Shown: piece by piece, positions 1-9,730 of the stretch | How positions within the stretch are numbered: the stretch's first letter is position 1 | How the letters are laid out: each line of letters begins with the position of its first letter | Made by a program: the position numbers and the translations under genes | The notes under the pieces: model-generated | The model's input: only the letters and a program-made list of their open reading frames with translations | The model's database searches: none | Told to the model about the DNA's origin: nothing | Source: Alphaproteobacteria bacterium | GTDB taxonomy: Bacteria > Pseudomonadota > Alphaproteobacteria > Micavibrionales > Micavibrionaceae | Assembly: GCA_016699735.1 (NCBI GenBank) | Contig: CP065008.1 | Location: 404,032 to 468,031, forward strand | Length of the DNA stretch: 64,000 nt | Direction: 5' to 3'

Positions 1-1
1 G

Positions 2-1252
2 CGCGTATTGGAATTTACTTTCTCGGGAACCGAATTTCAGGAAGCAGTTAATCAAGTGACGGCGACTTCGGTCGATATCCGCGCTGCCGCGACCGGTGCG
101 ACGACCCTCCAGAACTGGCTGGGCCTCCGCTCCAGCAACCAGCTCGCGGGCAGTGTGGATTTAACCGCCTACAGCAGCATCGCCGATCTGGTGAACACCG
201 GCGGCACGAACGTGTTCGGCATCGGCGGCGCGGAAACCGACCGCTTCATCATCCGCTTCGATGACCCGGATTTCGGCGGCGGCCCCTACGATATCGAAAT
301 CGACCTCAGAAACGTGGCGGTCTCAGGCAGCGGCGCGGTGCAGGATCTCATCAACCACATAACGGCCGACGCCGACTGGGCTAACGCCGTGGCCGATTAT
401 GGCGCCAGCGTTTCAGCCGGAGCCGACGGCGAACTCCTCATCCAGAGCCGCGGCAACATCCAGACTCTGGCCAGCGGTACCGAGCCCCTCTCCGATACGG
501 GCTTCGCCTTCCTCGGCCTGAAGCCCGAACTCAAGGAAGCCACGGACCCATACTTCGACGTGAGCGTCGGAAACAACGCTGCGGTGCGAATCACTATCGA
601 ACCGACGGATACGGAAACAGACATCCTTGCCAAGCTCAACGCCGTGCCCGGTCTGGTAGCCCAGACCGATGCCAATGGTTTTCTGTCTCTGCGTCCAGGC
701 GGCAGCTTCGTGTCCCCCGATTTCGGCGGCGATATCAAGCTGGTGGGCGGCCCCTTCGAGACCGATTCGGCGGCGCTGGCGGGCACGGCTGCAGGCCGCG
801 CCTCTGTTGATGACGGCGTGAACATCGTTTCGGCTCTTTTCGGAACCTATTCCGTCCTCTCCGGCGGCGCGATCAACGACGAATCGCCCATCGTGGACGT
901 CCCCTATACCTCTGAAACCGAAAACGGCACAGGCTCTTTTGTACATTTCCGCTCGGAATTTTTGGGGCCGGGGGCGAATATTGAATCCGAAGTCGTCGGT
1001 GCCCTGACGTTGGAGGACTACGCCCAGAAGATGGTAAACCAGCATGGGCAGGAGCTGAACCTCATTAAGGAGCGCCGTGCGGATGAGGAAACCCTGCAAG
1101 GTTTGCTCGAAAAGGAACTGGTGGACAGCTCCGGCGTAAATCTGGACGAGGAACTGGGATTCCTGATCGTGGTCCAGACCGCCTATGCCGCCTCGGCACG
1201 GGTGATCAACGCGATCGACGAGATTTTTCAGGAACTGTTAAGAGTCGTATAG
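2..1252 (+). CDS. flgK: flagellar hook-associated protein FlgK, 5'-truncated by window edge
   Basis: Frame is open to the window edge. C-terminus LGFLIVVQTAYAASARVINAIDEIFQELL is the conserved FlgK/flagellin-type terminal helix. flgL follows 13 nt downstream. Confidence 0.75.
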   Translation, partial: RVLEFTFSGTEFQEAVNQVTATSVDIRAAATGATTLQNWLGLRSSNQLAGSVDLTAYSSIADLVNTGGTNVFGIGGAETDRFIIRFDDPDFGGGPYDIEIDLRNVAVSGSGAVQDLINHITADADWANAVADYGASVSAGADGELLIQSRGNIQTLASGTEPLSDTGFAFLGLKPELKEATDPYFDVSVGNNAAVRITIEPTDTETDILAKLNAVPGLVAQTDANGFLSLRPGGSFVSPDFGGDIKLVGGPFETDSAALAGTAAGRASVDDGVNIVSALFGTYSVLSGGAINDESPIVDVPYTSETENGTGSFVHFRSEFLGPGANIESEVVGALTLEDYAQKMVNQHGQELNLIKERRADEETLQGLLEKELVDSSGVNLDEELGFLIVVQTAYAASARVINAIDEIFQELLRVV

Positions 1253-1265
1253 ACGGAGAGAAACG

Positions 1266-2462
1266 ATGACAGGCATATCGACATTAGGTCAGGCGCTCAG
1301 GCAGATAGAAAATATCAAAAAGCAGCAAACCACTTTTTCCGACCTGTCCACCCAACTGGCAACCGGCAAGAAAAGCCAGAGTTTCTCAGGTCTGGGAACC
1401 GATGCCTTGACCACAATTCGCTCCCGCTCCAGCATCGTCTCCCTTGATTCGTATATCAGCAACATAGGCAAGGCCGATACGCGCCTGAAGATCATGCTCT
1501 CCTCGATCGAGGAGTTCCAGGCGCAGGGCAATAACCTTGCCGACGGCTTTATCGGCTTCGTCCAGCAAGGCACCCACCAGCTGGGCGAGATCGTCACCTA
1601 TGACGATCCCTCGACCCCGTTCGTGCATGAGGAGGTCGCCGTGGGCATGACCTCCGCCACCTCCGATGAGGAGCTGCAGGGGCTGATCGACCTGTCGAAA
1701 AATCTCTACAACTACATGACCGAGCTCATCAACAGCAAGGACGGCGACCGTTACGTCTTCGGCGGGGCCGAAACCCTGACCCCGCCCCTGAACGATACCG
1801 GAACGCTGGACGCGGCGGTCAGCACCCTGCTGACCAGCTGGAAAAACGGCACGATTACGACCGACCAGCTTCTGGCTGATATCCGCGACCGCACGGCGAC
1901 CGCCGGCAACCCGGACGCCCTGACCGACAGCGTGATTGGCTACTCCGCGCCGCTCAGCGCCGGTAACGCGGGTCGCGTATTCGTGCGGGTGGATGATGAT
2001 TCGGAACTCGAATACACGGTCCACGCCAACGAGGACCCCTTCCGGGATATCCTTGTGGCCCTCTCCTTCCTGAAAAACGAGAGCTTCCCGCCGATTGCCG
2101 ACACCTACGAGGACGGCGTATTCCCCGGAACCCCCGACGTGCAGGGCGCCCCCGGTTACACTCTGGCGCAGCAGCAGGAAAGCTTCTACACCCTCTACAA
2201 CGAACTGACAGAGATGGTGAGCCGTTCCCTTGATGAAATCGACAATATCCGCTTCGATATGGAGGGGGTGCGCGTCTCCATGAACGAAACCAAGGAATTC
2301 CACGTCGACCAGAAAAACCTCTTCCAGAGCATCGTCTCAGGGATAGAGGATGCCGACACCAACGACGTCGCGCTCAAGCTGAACACCTTGCAGGTCCAGC
2401 TCGAAGCCACCTTCCGGGTCACAGCCCTGGTCAGCCAGCTTTCACTGGTCAACTTCATATAA
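1266..2462 (+). CDS. flgL: flagellar hook-associated protein 3 FlgL
   Basis: Flagellin-like N-terminal helix (MTGISTLGQALRQIENIKKQQTTFSDLSTQLATGKK) and C-terminal helix (LQVQLEATFRVTALVSQLSLVNF). Position directly after flgK. Confidence 0.75.
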   Translation: MTGISTLGQALRQIENIKKQQTTFSDLSTQLATGKKSQSFSGLGTDALTTIRSRSSIVSLDSYISNIGKADTRLKIMLSSIEEFQAQGNNLADGFIGFVQQGTHQLGEIVTYDDPSTPFVHEEVAVGMTSATSDEELQGLIDLSKNLYNYMTELINSKDGDRYVFGGAETLTPPLNDTGTLDAAVSTLLTSWKNGTITTDQLLADIRDRTATAGNPDALTDSVIGYSAPLSAGNAGRVFVRVDDDSELEYTVHANEDPFRDILVALSFLKNESFPPIADTYEDGVFPGTPDVQGAPGYTLAQQQESFYTLYNELTEMVSRSLDEIDNIRFDMEGVRVSMNETKEFHVDQKNLFQSIVSGIEDADTNDVALKLNTLQVQLEATFRVTALVSQLSLVNFI

Positions 2463-2475
2463 AGCCAATCCAAAC

Positions 2476-2517
2476 AAAAAACCCCCGCAAGTCCGCGGGG
2501 GCTTTGCCAATTTTTTC
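2476..2517. terminator. bidirectional rho-independent terminator between convergent genes
   Basis: A-run, then 7-bp GC stem CCCCCGC(2482-2488)/GCGGGGG(2495-2501) with a 6-nt loop, then a T-rich tract. Lies between flgL (+) and the 548-aa gene (-). Confidence 0.6.
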
Positions 2518-2523
2518 AACAGC

Positions 2524-4170
2524 TTAACCGCTGGCGGCCTCATCAATGACCAGAGCAGCGTCCGACCCTGTCTTGAGGTTATGCGAGGGGCCGTTTTTAA
2601 TAGCCTGCGCGAACAAAACTTTAACCGCATTGTCGAACGTCCCGCTGATCAGGATATTGCTGCTCAGCGTATAGTCCTTCTCGGCATTCCATTGCAGAGG
2701 CACGTTGGCCTGCTTGGACCAGCTATCCAGAGTTTCCTTCAGGCTCGATCCCTGTTTGGCTTCCCAGATCCGGGGCTGGAACAGCTGCTCGTTCGAACGG
2801 GAGGAGGGCGCAGGCTTTTCTGTTTCCTCGGCTTTGGCGGCTTTCAGAGCATCATCGGCAGGAGGTGCAGGTTCGTCAGCCTTTGCCAGAATGACCTCCT
2901 CAATCTCTTCCTCATCCGATTTCTCGGCCTTTTGCGCTTCATCTGCAACAGGGGCTTTTACATCGCCGGGATCAAGAATGACGTTGCGTCCGGGCGCTTT
3001 CTTAATTTGTGGCTCCGGCGCAGTCTCAGGAGCGGAGGCAACCTTTACAGGCTCTTCAGCAACCGCAGCTTCGACAGCGGTCTCCTCATCGGCCTTCTCT
3101 TCAAGCACCTTGGCCTTTTTAGCCAGCTTCTCGGCCTCTTTCTTGCTCAGCTTTTCAGCCTTCTTGTCAGCCTTGACGGGCAAAACCTCCGCTTCCGGAG
3201 TCTCGAGTGGGGCAGCCTCAGGCAGAGGAGCAAGAGCGGCGCTATCCTCGGCTACTGGAACAGGTTCCGGCGCGGGGGCAACAGGTGCTGCACCCGAAAC
3301 CACCTTGACGACATTGCCCTGGATCAAAGCCTTAATATTGAGAGGCCGGAGCATATCGTCCAGAACCAGATTCCAGGGCTTGCCTCCCTCCCAGGACACG
3401 AGGTACCCGGGATTAACCCCCCGGCCGAACGAAAACGCATACTGGGCGGGAACAACCTGACGCAGAGCCAGAGCCAGCGGCATATCGGACCCGAACCCCT
3501 CGATCACGTCAAAAGCCCCGCCTTTCCAGGTAATCTCTTCCGGCTGGGCAGGAGCGGCAGTAAGTGCAGGCTCGGTATGGTCTTCTTCCTCAAGCGGATA
3601 AGGGTTGATGTTGAGCCCCGGAGGAGGTTCTTTATTAGCAGGCTCGTAAACACTCTCGGCGGGTTCAGGCATAACCGTGCCGGTTCCCTGATGCGTTTCG
3701 GTGATTGGGAACGGCTCGGGTGCAGCTTCAACACCCTCTGACTTGGGAACAAGGGGGGCGCTCATAACGACAGGCTCAGCAACGCTACCATTATAGTCAA
3801 GGCCGCGTTCTTGGGTACTAGCTTCATCGTGGGGGGTGATAACTTTGACCTTTAGACGCCCATCAGTACGCGGGGGCTGCACATCTTCAATAACTTGGTG
3901 TGCGGGCTCCTCGCTAATTTCAACGTCTCCGACCTCGGGAAGGCCGCTTGATTCACTTGAAAAGTCTTGTGTCGAAGAGGATTTCGGCAGCGGCGCGGCT
4001 ACCTGCCTTTCTGGCGGAGTCCATTCAAATCCTGCAAAAACAGGGCTAGGAATCAAAAAAAGTGGAAAAGCCAGAAAACCAAGGCACGTAGAAGTCAAAA
4101 AACGATTCGTTCTTACAGACATCTCATTATTCCCAAAAAAACATAAAGCCAAGCCCCGACGGACAGACAA
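2524..4170 (-). CDS. secreted Pro/Glu/Ala-rich protein with C-terminal TcpQ/PilL-like domain (alternative start at 4122)
   Basis: Signal-like N-terminus (FLAFPLFLIPSPVFAGFEW). Long low-complexity acidic/proline linker. C-terminus WEAKQGSSLKETLDSWSKQANVPLQWNAEKDYTLSSNILISGTFDNAVKVLF fits my recollection of the TcpQ/PilL domain pattern. Same strand, directly downstream of the icmT-like gene. Confidence 0.5.
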   Translation of the reverse strand: MSVRRGLALCFFGNNEMSVRTNRFLTSTCLGFLAFPLFLIPSPVFAGFEWTPPERQVAAPLPKSSSTQDFSSESSGLPEVGDVEISEEPAHQVIEDVQPPRTDGRLKVKVITPHDEASTQERGLDYNGSVAEPVVMSAPLVPKSEGVEAAPEPFPITETHQGTGTVMPEPAESVYEPANKEPPPGLNINPYPLEEEDHTEPALTAAPAQPEEITWKGGAFDVIEGFGSDMPLALALRQVVPAQYAFSFGRGVNPGYLVSWEGGKPWNLVLDDMLRPLNIKALIQGNVVKVVSGAAPVAPAPEPVPVAEDSAALAPLPEAAPLETPEAEVLPVKADKKAEKLSKKEAEKLAKKAKVLEEKADEETAVEAAVAEEPVKVASAPETAPEPQIKKAPGRNVILDPGDVKAPVADEAQKAEKSDEEEIEEVILAKADEPAPPADDALKAAKAEETEKPAPSSRSNEQLFQPRIWEAKQGSSLKETLDSWSKQANVPLQWNAEKDYTLSSNILISGTFDNAVKVLFAQAIKNGPSHNLKTGSDAALVIDEAASG

Positions 4171-4275
4171 GAGAGAATATCGTTAAATCTTTGAAAAAAC
4201 AAGAGATAAGAAGACGGCTAACACCAACAAAAAACAACTGCAATAAAGGAAAGGCAGGAGATATTTAGTTTGGAG

Positions 4276-4575
4276 TTAACCCCAATCGATAAAACGGTGC
4301 CTCCAAGCCTTTACCAAGCCCGGACGTTCCCTTCCGACAATCCAGGACCGTAACGCACGCAAAGCAGAGGGTAAAGACAGCCCCTTATTCTCAAGAAACC
4401 TAAAAATATAGAAAACGGCAAAGCTAATAATTATTGTCGACCATCTAAGATAAAAGAGCCACACGGGAATCATAAACGCAACGCGACCATCAAAGCCCAA
4501 AAATCGGACAGTTCTCATACTGTCCCGCCAGTGCCAATTAATCTTGGCCTCAAGGTTCTCTAGCTCTTTAACCAC
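4276..4575 (-). CDS. icmT: IcmT/TraK-family small T4BSS membrane protein
   Basis: 99 aa. HWRDSMRTVRFLGFDGRVAFMIPVW followed by hydrophobic helices resembles IcmT/TraK. Synteny dotD-dotC-dotB-icmT equals R64 traH-I-J-K. Confidence 0.6.
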   Translation of the reverse strand: MVKELENLEAKINWHWRDSMRTVRFLGFDGRVAFMIPVWLFYLRWSTIIISFAVFYIFRFLENKGLSLPSALRALRSWIVGRERPGLVKAWRHRFIDWG

Positions 4576-4615
4576 GGTAGCACCCTATAAAAAAATACAA
4601 AAAACTCCAAAAAAT

Positions 4616-5776
4616 CTAACCTGATCCCGTGCTTGATGACAATAATAAATAAGCGCGGCGATCAATGAGCTTCGCCTCGAAAGCGATTTCAGCTGATTTC
4701 TGCATACTCCGGCCATATTGATTGAGAATACGCTGGATCTCGTTGGACCACTTTGTAAAATGCATATCCATCAGCTTTTCACGTACATCGTCGGGAAACT
4801 GCATCCACTCCCGCACACCACAACGTCCGCCGCCGACTCGCGGCACAAGCGCCTGTGTGACAATCAGCCTTAGGGTTTCCATAAGAGCAACAGCACGCTC
4901 CTCGCGCTCACTGATATCGTAGGTCGAAAGCAGACGCGAGACAGTGTTGGCCACACCGAGTGTGTGCGTAGTGGTGTAGACCGCATGGCCCGTCTGCGCG
5001 GCTTCGATGGAGGCGTTGATCGTTTCGCGATCCCGGGATTCTCCCACAAGAATCACTTCCGGTTTACGGCGCAGGGCGTTACGGATTCCATGGGCAAAAC
5101 TCGGCAAATGCCGAGGTATTTCAGTCTGGGAAACGAGGGAGCGCGGACTGTGAATGCTGTCGTAAACATATTCGATCGGCGCTTCGTATGTCAGCATTTT
5201 ACCGCAGCCCTTAGGGCGTTCGAGCAACATACGGTTTCCTGCCGCCAGAAGCGTCGTTTTTCCGGAACCCGTCGGTCCTGTGATAATGACAATCCCCTGA
5301 CGCGGTGCCCAGGCATCGATGATTTCCCGCTCGATATTCAGATCGCGCATCGTCGGCGGTTCGCTGGGCAATGCGCGCATGGTGATCTGCGCGGCATCGC
5401 GTCCGCGGGAGAGAACGGCGGTGATATTGACCCGGAAACGGATCCTTGTATAGCGATCAGGTCGGATTTCATAAGAAACATCAAGGTCTTTGGCTGAAGC
5501 AAGGCGGGCGCGAGCCTCCGGGCCATAGAGTTTTTGCAAAAAAATACCCATATCGGCCGCATCAACATCCCTGAAAGTCGCGGGATAGAGAACGCCATGT
5601 ATCTCGTTATAAACGGGGCGGTCGCTCTGGATGGTGATATCTGAGGAGTTTTGCTTTACACACCAAAGGAGAAACTTGTCTATATGCTCCTCTGTAAACC
5701 TGTTGGGCTCATCCGGCCAGGTTTGCGCGAAACTGTCCTGCTTTTTAAGAAGGCTTACTGGTTTGCGGGCTTCCAC
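4616..5776 (-). CDS. dotB: DotB/TraJ-type (PilT/VirB11 superfamily) secretion ATPase
   Basis: Walker A ITGPTGSGKTTLL, Asp box LVGESRD and His box TGHAVYTTTHT. Length 386 aa. Flanked by dotC-like and icmT-like genes. Confidence 0.85.
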   Translation of the reverse strand: MEARKPVSLLKKQDSFAQTWPDEPNRFTEEHIDKFLLWCVKQNSSDITIQSDRPVYNEIHGVLYPATFRDVDAADMGIFLQKLYGPEARARLASAKDLDVSYEIRPDRYTRIRFRVNITAVLSRGRDAAQITMRALPSEPPTMRDLNIEREIIDAWAPRQGIVIITGPTGSGKTTLLAAGNRMLLERPKGCGKMLTYEAPIEYVYDSIHSPRSLVSQTEIPRHLPSFAHGIRNALRRKPEVILVGESRDRETINASIEAAQTGHAVYTTTHTLGVANTVSRLLSTYDISEREERAVALMETLRLIVTQALVPRVGGGRCGVREWMQFPDDVREKLMDMHFTKWSNEIQRILNQYGRSMQKSAEIAFEAKLIDRRAYLLLSSSTGSG

Positions 5777-6618
5777 TGGTCCGCTCCCGTAACAAACTCT
5801 GGTACTCCAGTGATTTGGACGGCGCGGTCGCCAACTTTCATCTCTTCCCCTCCACCTGTCACTCCGCGGTCAACCTGAAGCGCATAAGGAGGAGAAACCA
5901 TGCCCTGCGCGAGCAAAAGCTTGTAGCGAACCATCCCCTCAAAATCAAGGGTCAGACGGCTCAAATCATCGTTAAAAATCTCATCAGCCTGCTCATAGCC
6001 TACTTTCCAACCTTTACGTACGTGTTCTTCCCAAATAACCCTCTCATCGTCATCTCTGGGCAAAAGAATGGCCGGAGGGGGGATAACCTCGCCCCATTCG
6101 CGCTCAAGATACTGACGCCAGTTCCGGGGAGCCGAGACGATACGGGCATTTTTGATAATGTTGTAAATCCGGTCGGAAACCGCAGCCTCCTGTCCAGAAA
6201 AATCGACAATCATTGCGTTCATGGCCTCAGTCACGATAGGGGGCTCGATCTTGAAGCCTGAAGGCGCGGCAACGAGGAGCTGCTCGAAATCGTAGACCTT
6301 ATCAAGGTAGCGTGCACGGGTGTCAAGATTCTTACGAATCTCCCACGTTCTCTTGGCTAGGCCACCACGGGCTCCAAAAGATATCGCAGCTTCCTTCAAG
6401 GCATCTTCTCGGATATCGAAGGGAAGAGCCGTGTCATCGTCTGGATCCTCCTCAACCTCATAGCCCAAAAGAACCTCGATATCGACAGGCTCGACGTCGC
6501 TTTCAACAAGAGGCCTATCCTCGTCAGTGGGAAGCATACCGAAAGAAACACTCGGGAAACCAAAAGTCCCCAGCAGCAGAAGAAACGAACAGGCACCAAT
6601 CTTGAGGGTCTTACGCAT
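5755..6618 (-). CDS. dotC: DotC/TraI-like T4BSS outer-membrane-complex protein
   Basis: 287 aa with an N-terminal signal sequence. Lies between the dotD-like lipoprotein and dotB and overlaps the dotB start by 22 nt. Called mainly from synteny and size. Confidence 0.55.
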   Translation of the reverse strand: MRKTLKIGACSFLLLLGTFGFPSVSFGMLPTDEDRPLVESDVEPVDIEVLLGYEVEEDPDDDTALPFDIREDALKEAAISFGARGGLAKRTWEIRKNLDTRARYLDKVYDFEQLLVAAPSGFKIEPPIVTEAMNAMIVDFSGQEAAVSDRIYNIIKNARIVSAPRNWRQYLEREWGEVIPPPAILLPRDDDERVIWEEHVRKGWKVGYEQADEIFNDDLSRLTLDFEGMVRYKLLLAQGMVSPPYALQVDRGVTGGGEEMKVGDRAVQITGVPEFVTGADQWKPANQ

Positions 6619-6635
6619 AGGTCAATCGGCCTTTC

Positions 6636-7145
6636 TTATCCACCAAGTCCGGCATTGGGAGCATAATAGATTTCAACCATACGGCTCTTGGCGTCAACTC
6701 TGACATCGCCGCGCATACCCAGTTGCAGGCCGATATCGCGTAGCGTATCGACGACGCGCTGGTTTTCAGCGTCAATCGAGACAACCACGGGCGTGGAGGG
6801 CTTGTTTCCGAGGACAAGGAAACCATATCCCGCACGATCCGCAAGTGTCTTGGCAATCGGTTCGATCGGTCCGACCCAGTTGACCGTGATCGCCCGTCCA
6901 AGTTCCGGCGGGACGTTATCGATCGGTGAAACGGTCGTCGCCGGGGTTCTGGCACGCTCGACAGCCGCCAGAGTTTCCAAGGCGGTCGATGCCCGGTCTG
7001 CTGACTCGGCCAGCATGGCAGTGACCTTGTCCGGGGAGGCGACAAGCTGAGGACTTCCGCCGCTGAAAGCAGCATCGGAGGACTCGCATCCTGTGACCAA
7101 AACCATACTGAATAAGAGCAAGAGAGAGAGCTGTTTACGTGACAT
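6636..7145 (-). CDS. dotD: DotD/TraH-like T4BSS lipoprotein
   Basis: Lipobox LVTGC after MSRKQLSLLLLFSMV. 169 aa. First gene of the dotD-C-B order, with an AT-rich promoter region upstream (7146-7345). Confidence 0.6.
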   Translation of the reverse strand: MSRKQLSLLLLFSMVLVTGCESSDAAFSGGSPQLVASPDKVTAMLAESADRASTALETLAAVERARTPATTVSPIDNVPPELGRAITVNWVGPIEPIAKTLADRAGYGFLVLGNKPSTPVVVSIDAENQRVVDTLRDIGLQLGMRGDVRVDAKSRMVEIYYAPNAGLGG

Positions 7146-7345
7146 AACTTTTAAAAACCCTAATAAGACAACTTAGTCTATTGGAAATACTAGACAAAAT
7201 AATACTCCAAATCAAGAATAACTGCACTTTACGGTAAAGATCAAGTCGAGTTTTACCGAAAGGCCCACACTATCTCCACAAATTTTTCAACAGAACCGCG
7301 GATTTCAGCCAAAATTTAACAAAACGGCGGGAGCAGAAAAAATCG

Positions 7346-7759
7346 TTAACGCTCCGATTTTAGAAGCCCGTGCCCCCTCAGAATCCCCACAACGCGGTCC
7401 TGATAGCGTTCACCATAATAAGAAGTCCGGGAATGATAATAGGAAAGGGCGCGTCCGAGACTCTGCGTTTCACTCAGATGATTCCTCAAAATCCAGGCGG
7501 CAACACTGACATTGGTACAGGCATTGTCGCGCAGCTCCTTGCGGGCCTTTGTATTGCTGACACCCCACTTTTTCGCAACGACCGGAACCCAGAGCGTATT
7601 GATTTGCATGGGCCCAAGGTCATGGGTTCCATTGGTGTTGGCCACCTCCTGGCCCACACGCCCACCCTCGGCTTTATATATACCCGCGAGCAGAACCGGC
7701 GGCACATTATAAGTCTGCGCGGCCAGTAACAGACAGGTCATAAGCTCTTTTGCGGCCAT
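7346..7759 (-). CDS. SLT-domain lytic transglycosylase (IagB/VirB1-like); ATG at 7759 preferred over ORF start 7798
   Basis: Motif YKAEGGRVGQEVANTNGTHDLGPMQINTLW includes the catalytic Glu context and the GxMQIN signature. Confidence 0.8.
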   Translation of the reverse strand: MAAKELMTCLLLAAQTYNVPPVLLAGIYKAEGGRVGQEVANTNGTHDLGPMQINTLWVPVVAKKWGVSNTKARKELRDNACTNVSVAAWILRNHLSETQSLGRALSYYHSRTSYYGERYQDRVVGILRGHGLLKSER

Positions 7760-7825
7760 ATCCTTTATCTCTCGTAAAAAAAAGCACCAGCGCCACATTA
7801 TATATATCTGCGATACGAGCCGTCA

Positions 7826-8761
7826 TCATTTTTTAAAGAAAGCCATGGGGGTGCCCGAGGGCTGTCCGCCTGAGCCTGTATCGCCACCTTCATCGCTTTC
7901 GGTATTCTCGTTTACGGCAGAGAGATGAACCGCAGGCGTTTCCGGGGGCGCACTGTCCGAAGCCTGAGGATCCCCCCCTTGGGCAAGCGGGATGAAGCTG
8001 GTCGCCAGAGCCTCAAGCATAAGCATTCTCTGCTCGAACAGATCCCAGATCGTGGACGGCTGAATCGCCAGCCGGGCGGATTCGTGAAGTTTGATGAAAC
8101 GTTCAGTTTCGGAAATATGGCAGTCGGCGTAAAGCGAAGCCAGAATGCGGAGCAGGGACAGCTCCGCGATTCGGGCTTGATTAAGGTCAAGCCCACCTCC
8201 GAAAAGCTTCCCGCGTAACTCGGTAGCACGCAGGATAAGCTTGTCACAAATATCCTTGACCATCTTGCTCCCGGCTTGCCCGAACGAAAAAATACTGACG
8301 GCGCGGATAATGGGCAAAAACGCATGAAGCAGATGAACGTGAATCTGATAGCCGCCGAAGAGGGCAAAATCCTCGCCAAGCTTGCGCAGGGGTTCAAGGC
8401 TCTCTTCCTCGGGAATAAGATCATCGGAAAAAGCCAGGACGGCCTCGAATCCTTTTGTAACCCTCTGGACATCCTGTTCGGAAAAGGCTTTTCCCGAATT
8501 CTTTTGATGGGCGGCGATCATTTGCGCGGCAAGGACGGTCAGGGCGATCCGTATTGATTTTTTATCGCCGTCTGCAGGAAGGTGAAGGGCTTTACGCAAC
8601 TCTTGACCCAGACTCTTGGATGCGGCGAGTAAATCCTTAAGCCGCTCGGCCTCCTTAGCGGGGTCCGGGGCAGACTTCCAGGAACTGCTGTCGACAGCCT
8701 GAATAAGGGGCAGGCCCAGATTTTCAAGCAAAGAAAGCAGCAGGTCCGAGCGGGGGGTCAT
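7826..8761 (-). CDS. hypothetical protein (311 aa) inside the T4BSS-associated gene string
   Basis: Long ORF co-oriented between the DsbC-like and SLT genes. No motif recognised. Confidence 0.5.
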   Translation of the reverse strand: MTPRSDLLLSLLENLGLPLIQAVDSSSWKSAPDPAKEAERLKDLLAASKSLGQELRKALHLPADGDKKSIRIALTVLAAQMIAAHQKNSGKAFSEQDVQRVTKGFEAVLAFSDDLIPEEESLEPLRKLGEDFALFGGYQIHVHLLHAFLPIIRAVSIFSFGQAGSKMVKDICDKLILRATELRGKLFGGGLDLNQARIAELSLLRILASLYADCHISETERFIKLHESARLAIQPSTIWDLFEQRMLMLEALATSFIPLAQGGDPQASDSAPPETPAVHLSAVNENTESDEGGDTGSGGQPSGTPMAFFKK

Positions 8762-8785
8762 CCTGAATCCGAAAAACGCAAAAAA

Positions 8786-9649
8786 TTAACTCCTTGCCCC
8801 GAGATCGCCGATCAGGGACTGCACGTTCTTCGGCTTGCCCTCGATGATCTTAACGCTCTCGTCCTTGGCGCGATAAATGAGGGTCGGCGTCCCGGAAAGT
8901 TTCCACGCCTGCATGATCGACAGGTTGCGCTGAACGCCCTGCGTATTGATTTCGCTCTTGGCGGGCAGGGCGTTTGTATCGCCGTCCAGATTGCGCCACC
9001 AGAGTTCGATCGGGTCGGGCGCGGCCAGAAGAAAGGCGGCCTGCGCCTCGGTCTCTGGCCGGAACCCGATGGGGATCAGCCGAACCTGCGCTTTCCCTTC
9101 ATCCAGCAAGGGCTTGAGTTCCTTCATCATCTCATGGCAATGCGGGCACTGCGGATCGATGAAGGAGTAGAAAACGGGCGTTCCGGCCTTGCCGAAGGCA
9201 ATCCAGTTGCTGTTCTCGACATCGTAGAAAAACTGCTCGGACGGGGTTTTGAAATCATACTTGGTTTTATCCGGCGAAGCCTCAGAAGGTTTATTGGGGG
9301 TCTCGCTGGCCAGACGGTCAAGCAGGTCGTCCCCCTGTCCGCGTAAGCGCTGCACCTGCTGCACGGTCAGGGCGTTGCCCTGTTTATCGAACATGATCCC
9401 GGTGATAAAAGCACCGGTGGGGAGGACATAAAAATACTGCTCCACGCCGTTTTTAATGACCACCCAGCCCTCCGCGCCTTCATCACGGCCAAGGAAGCGG
9501 ATTTGCGCCCCCTCGTTGACCAGGCTCTTCAGCGGATCGGGAATGGTGGGCAGCAACTCCTCCTGTGCGAAAACACAGGGCGCTGAAACGGTCAGCATGG
9601 TCGTAGCAAGGATAAGGGCAAGGCGTCTGATGCGGCGAGTAGGGGTCAT
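8786..9649 (-). CDS. DsbC/DsbG-like periplasmic thiol:disulfide interchange protein
   Basis: Signal peptide MTPTRRIRRLALILATTMLTVSAPCVFA from the ATG at 9649. Thioredoxin CxxC active site in FIDPQCPHCHEMMKEL. Confidence 0.75.
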   Translation of the reverse strand: MTPTRRIRRLALILATTMLTVSAPCVFAQEELLPTIPDPLKSLVNEGAQIRFLGRDEGAEGWVVIKNGVEQYFYVLPTGAFITGIMFDKQGNALTVQQVQRLRGQGDDLLDRLASETPNKPSEASPDKTKYDFKTPSEQFFYDVENSNWIAFGKAGTPVFYSFIDPQCPHCHEMMKELKPLLDEGKAQVRLIPIGFRPETEAQAAFLLAAPDPIELWWRNLDGDTNALPAKSEINTQGVQRNLSIMQAWKLSGTPTLIYRAKDESVKIIEGKPKNVQSLIGDLGARS

Positions 9650-9730
9650 AGGGGCTCCGTCTTGAAAATTCCCTGAAATTGAGGCAAGGCCTAAGATAGC
9701 GGGATCGGCGGACGAGTACAAATTCTTTCT

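Noticed and set aside
397-2303. Long antisense ORFs inside flgK/flgL (397-825, 413-1099, 1289-1597, 1386-2303, all minus strand)
   Set aside because: These are typical shadow ORFs of high-GC coding DNA. Their translations are Arg/Ala/Gly-rich with no motifs, and the sense frames carry clear flagellar signatures.
2581-3741. 386-aa and 251-aa plus-strand ORFs opposite the 548-aa TcpQ-domain gene
   Set aside because: They are low-complexity Leu/Arg/Ser-rich translations of the antisense of a Pro/Glu/Ala-rich gene. They have no start context or motifs.
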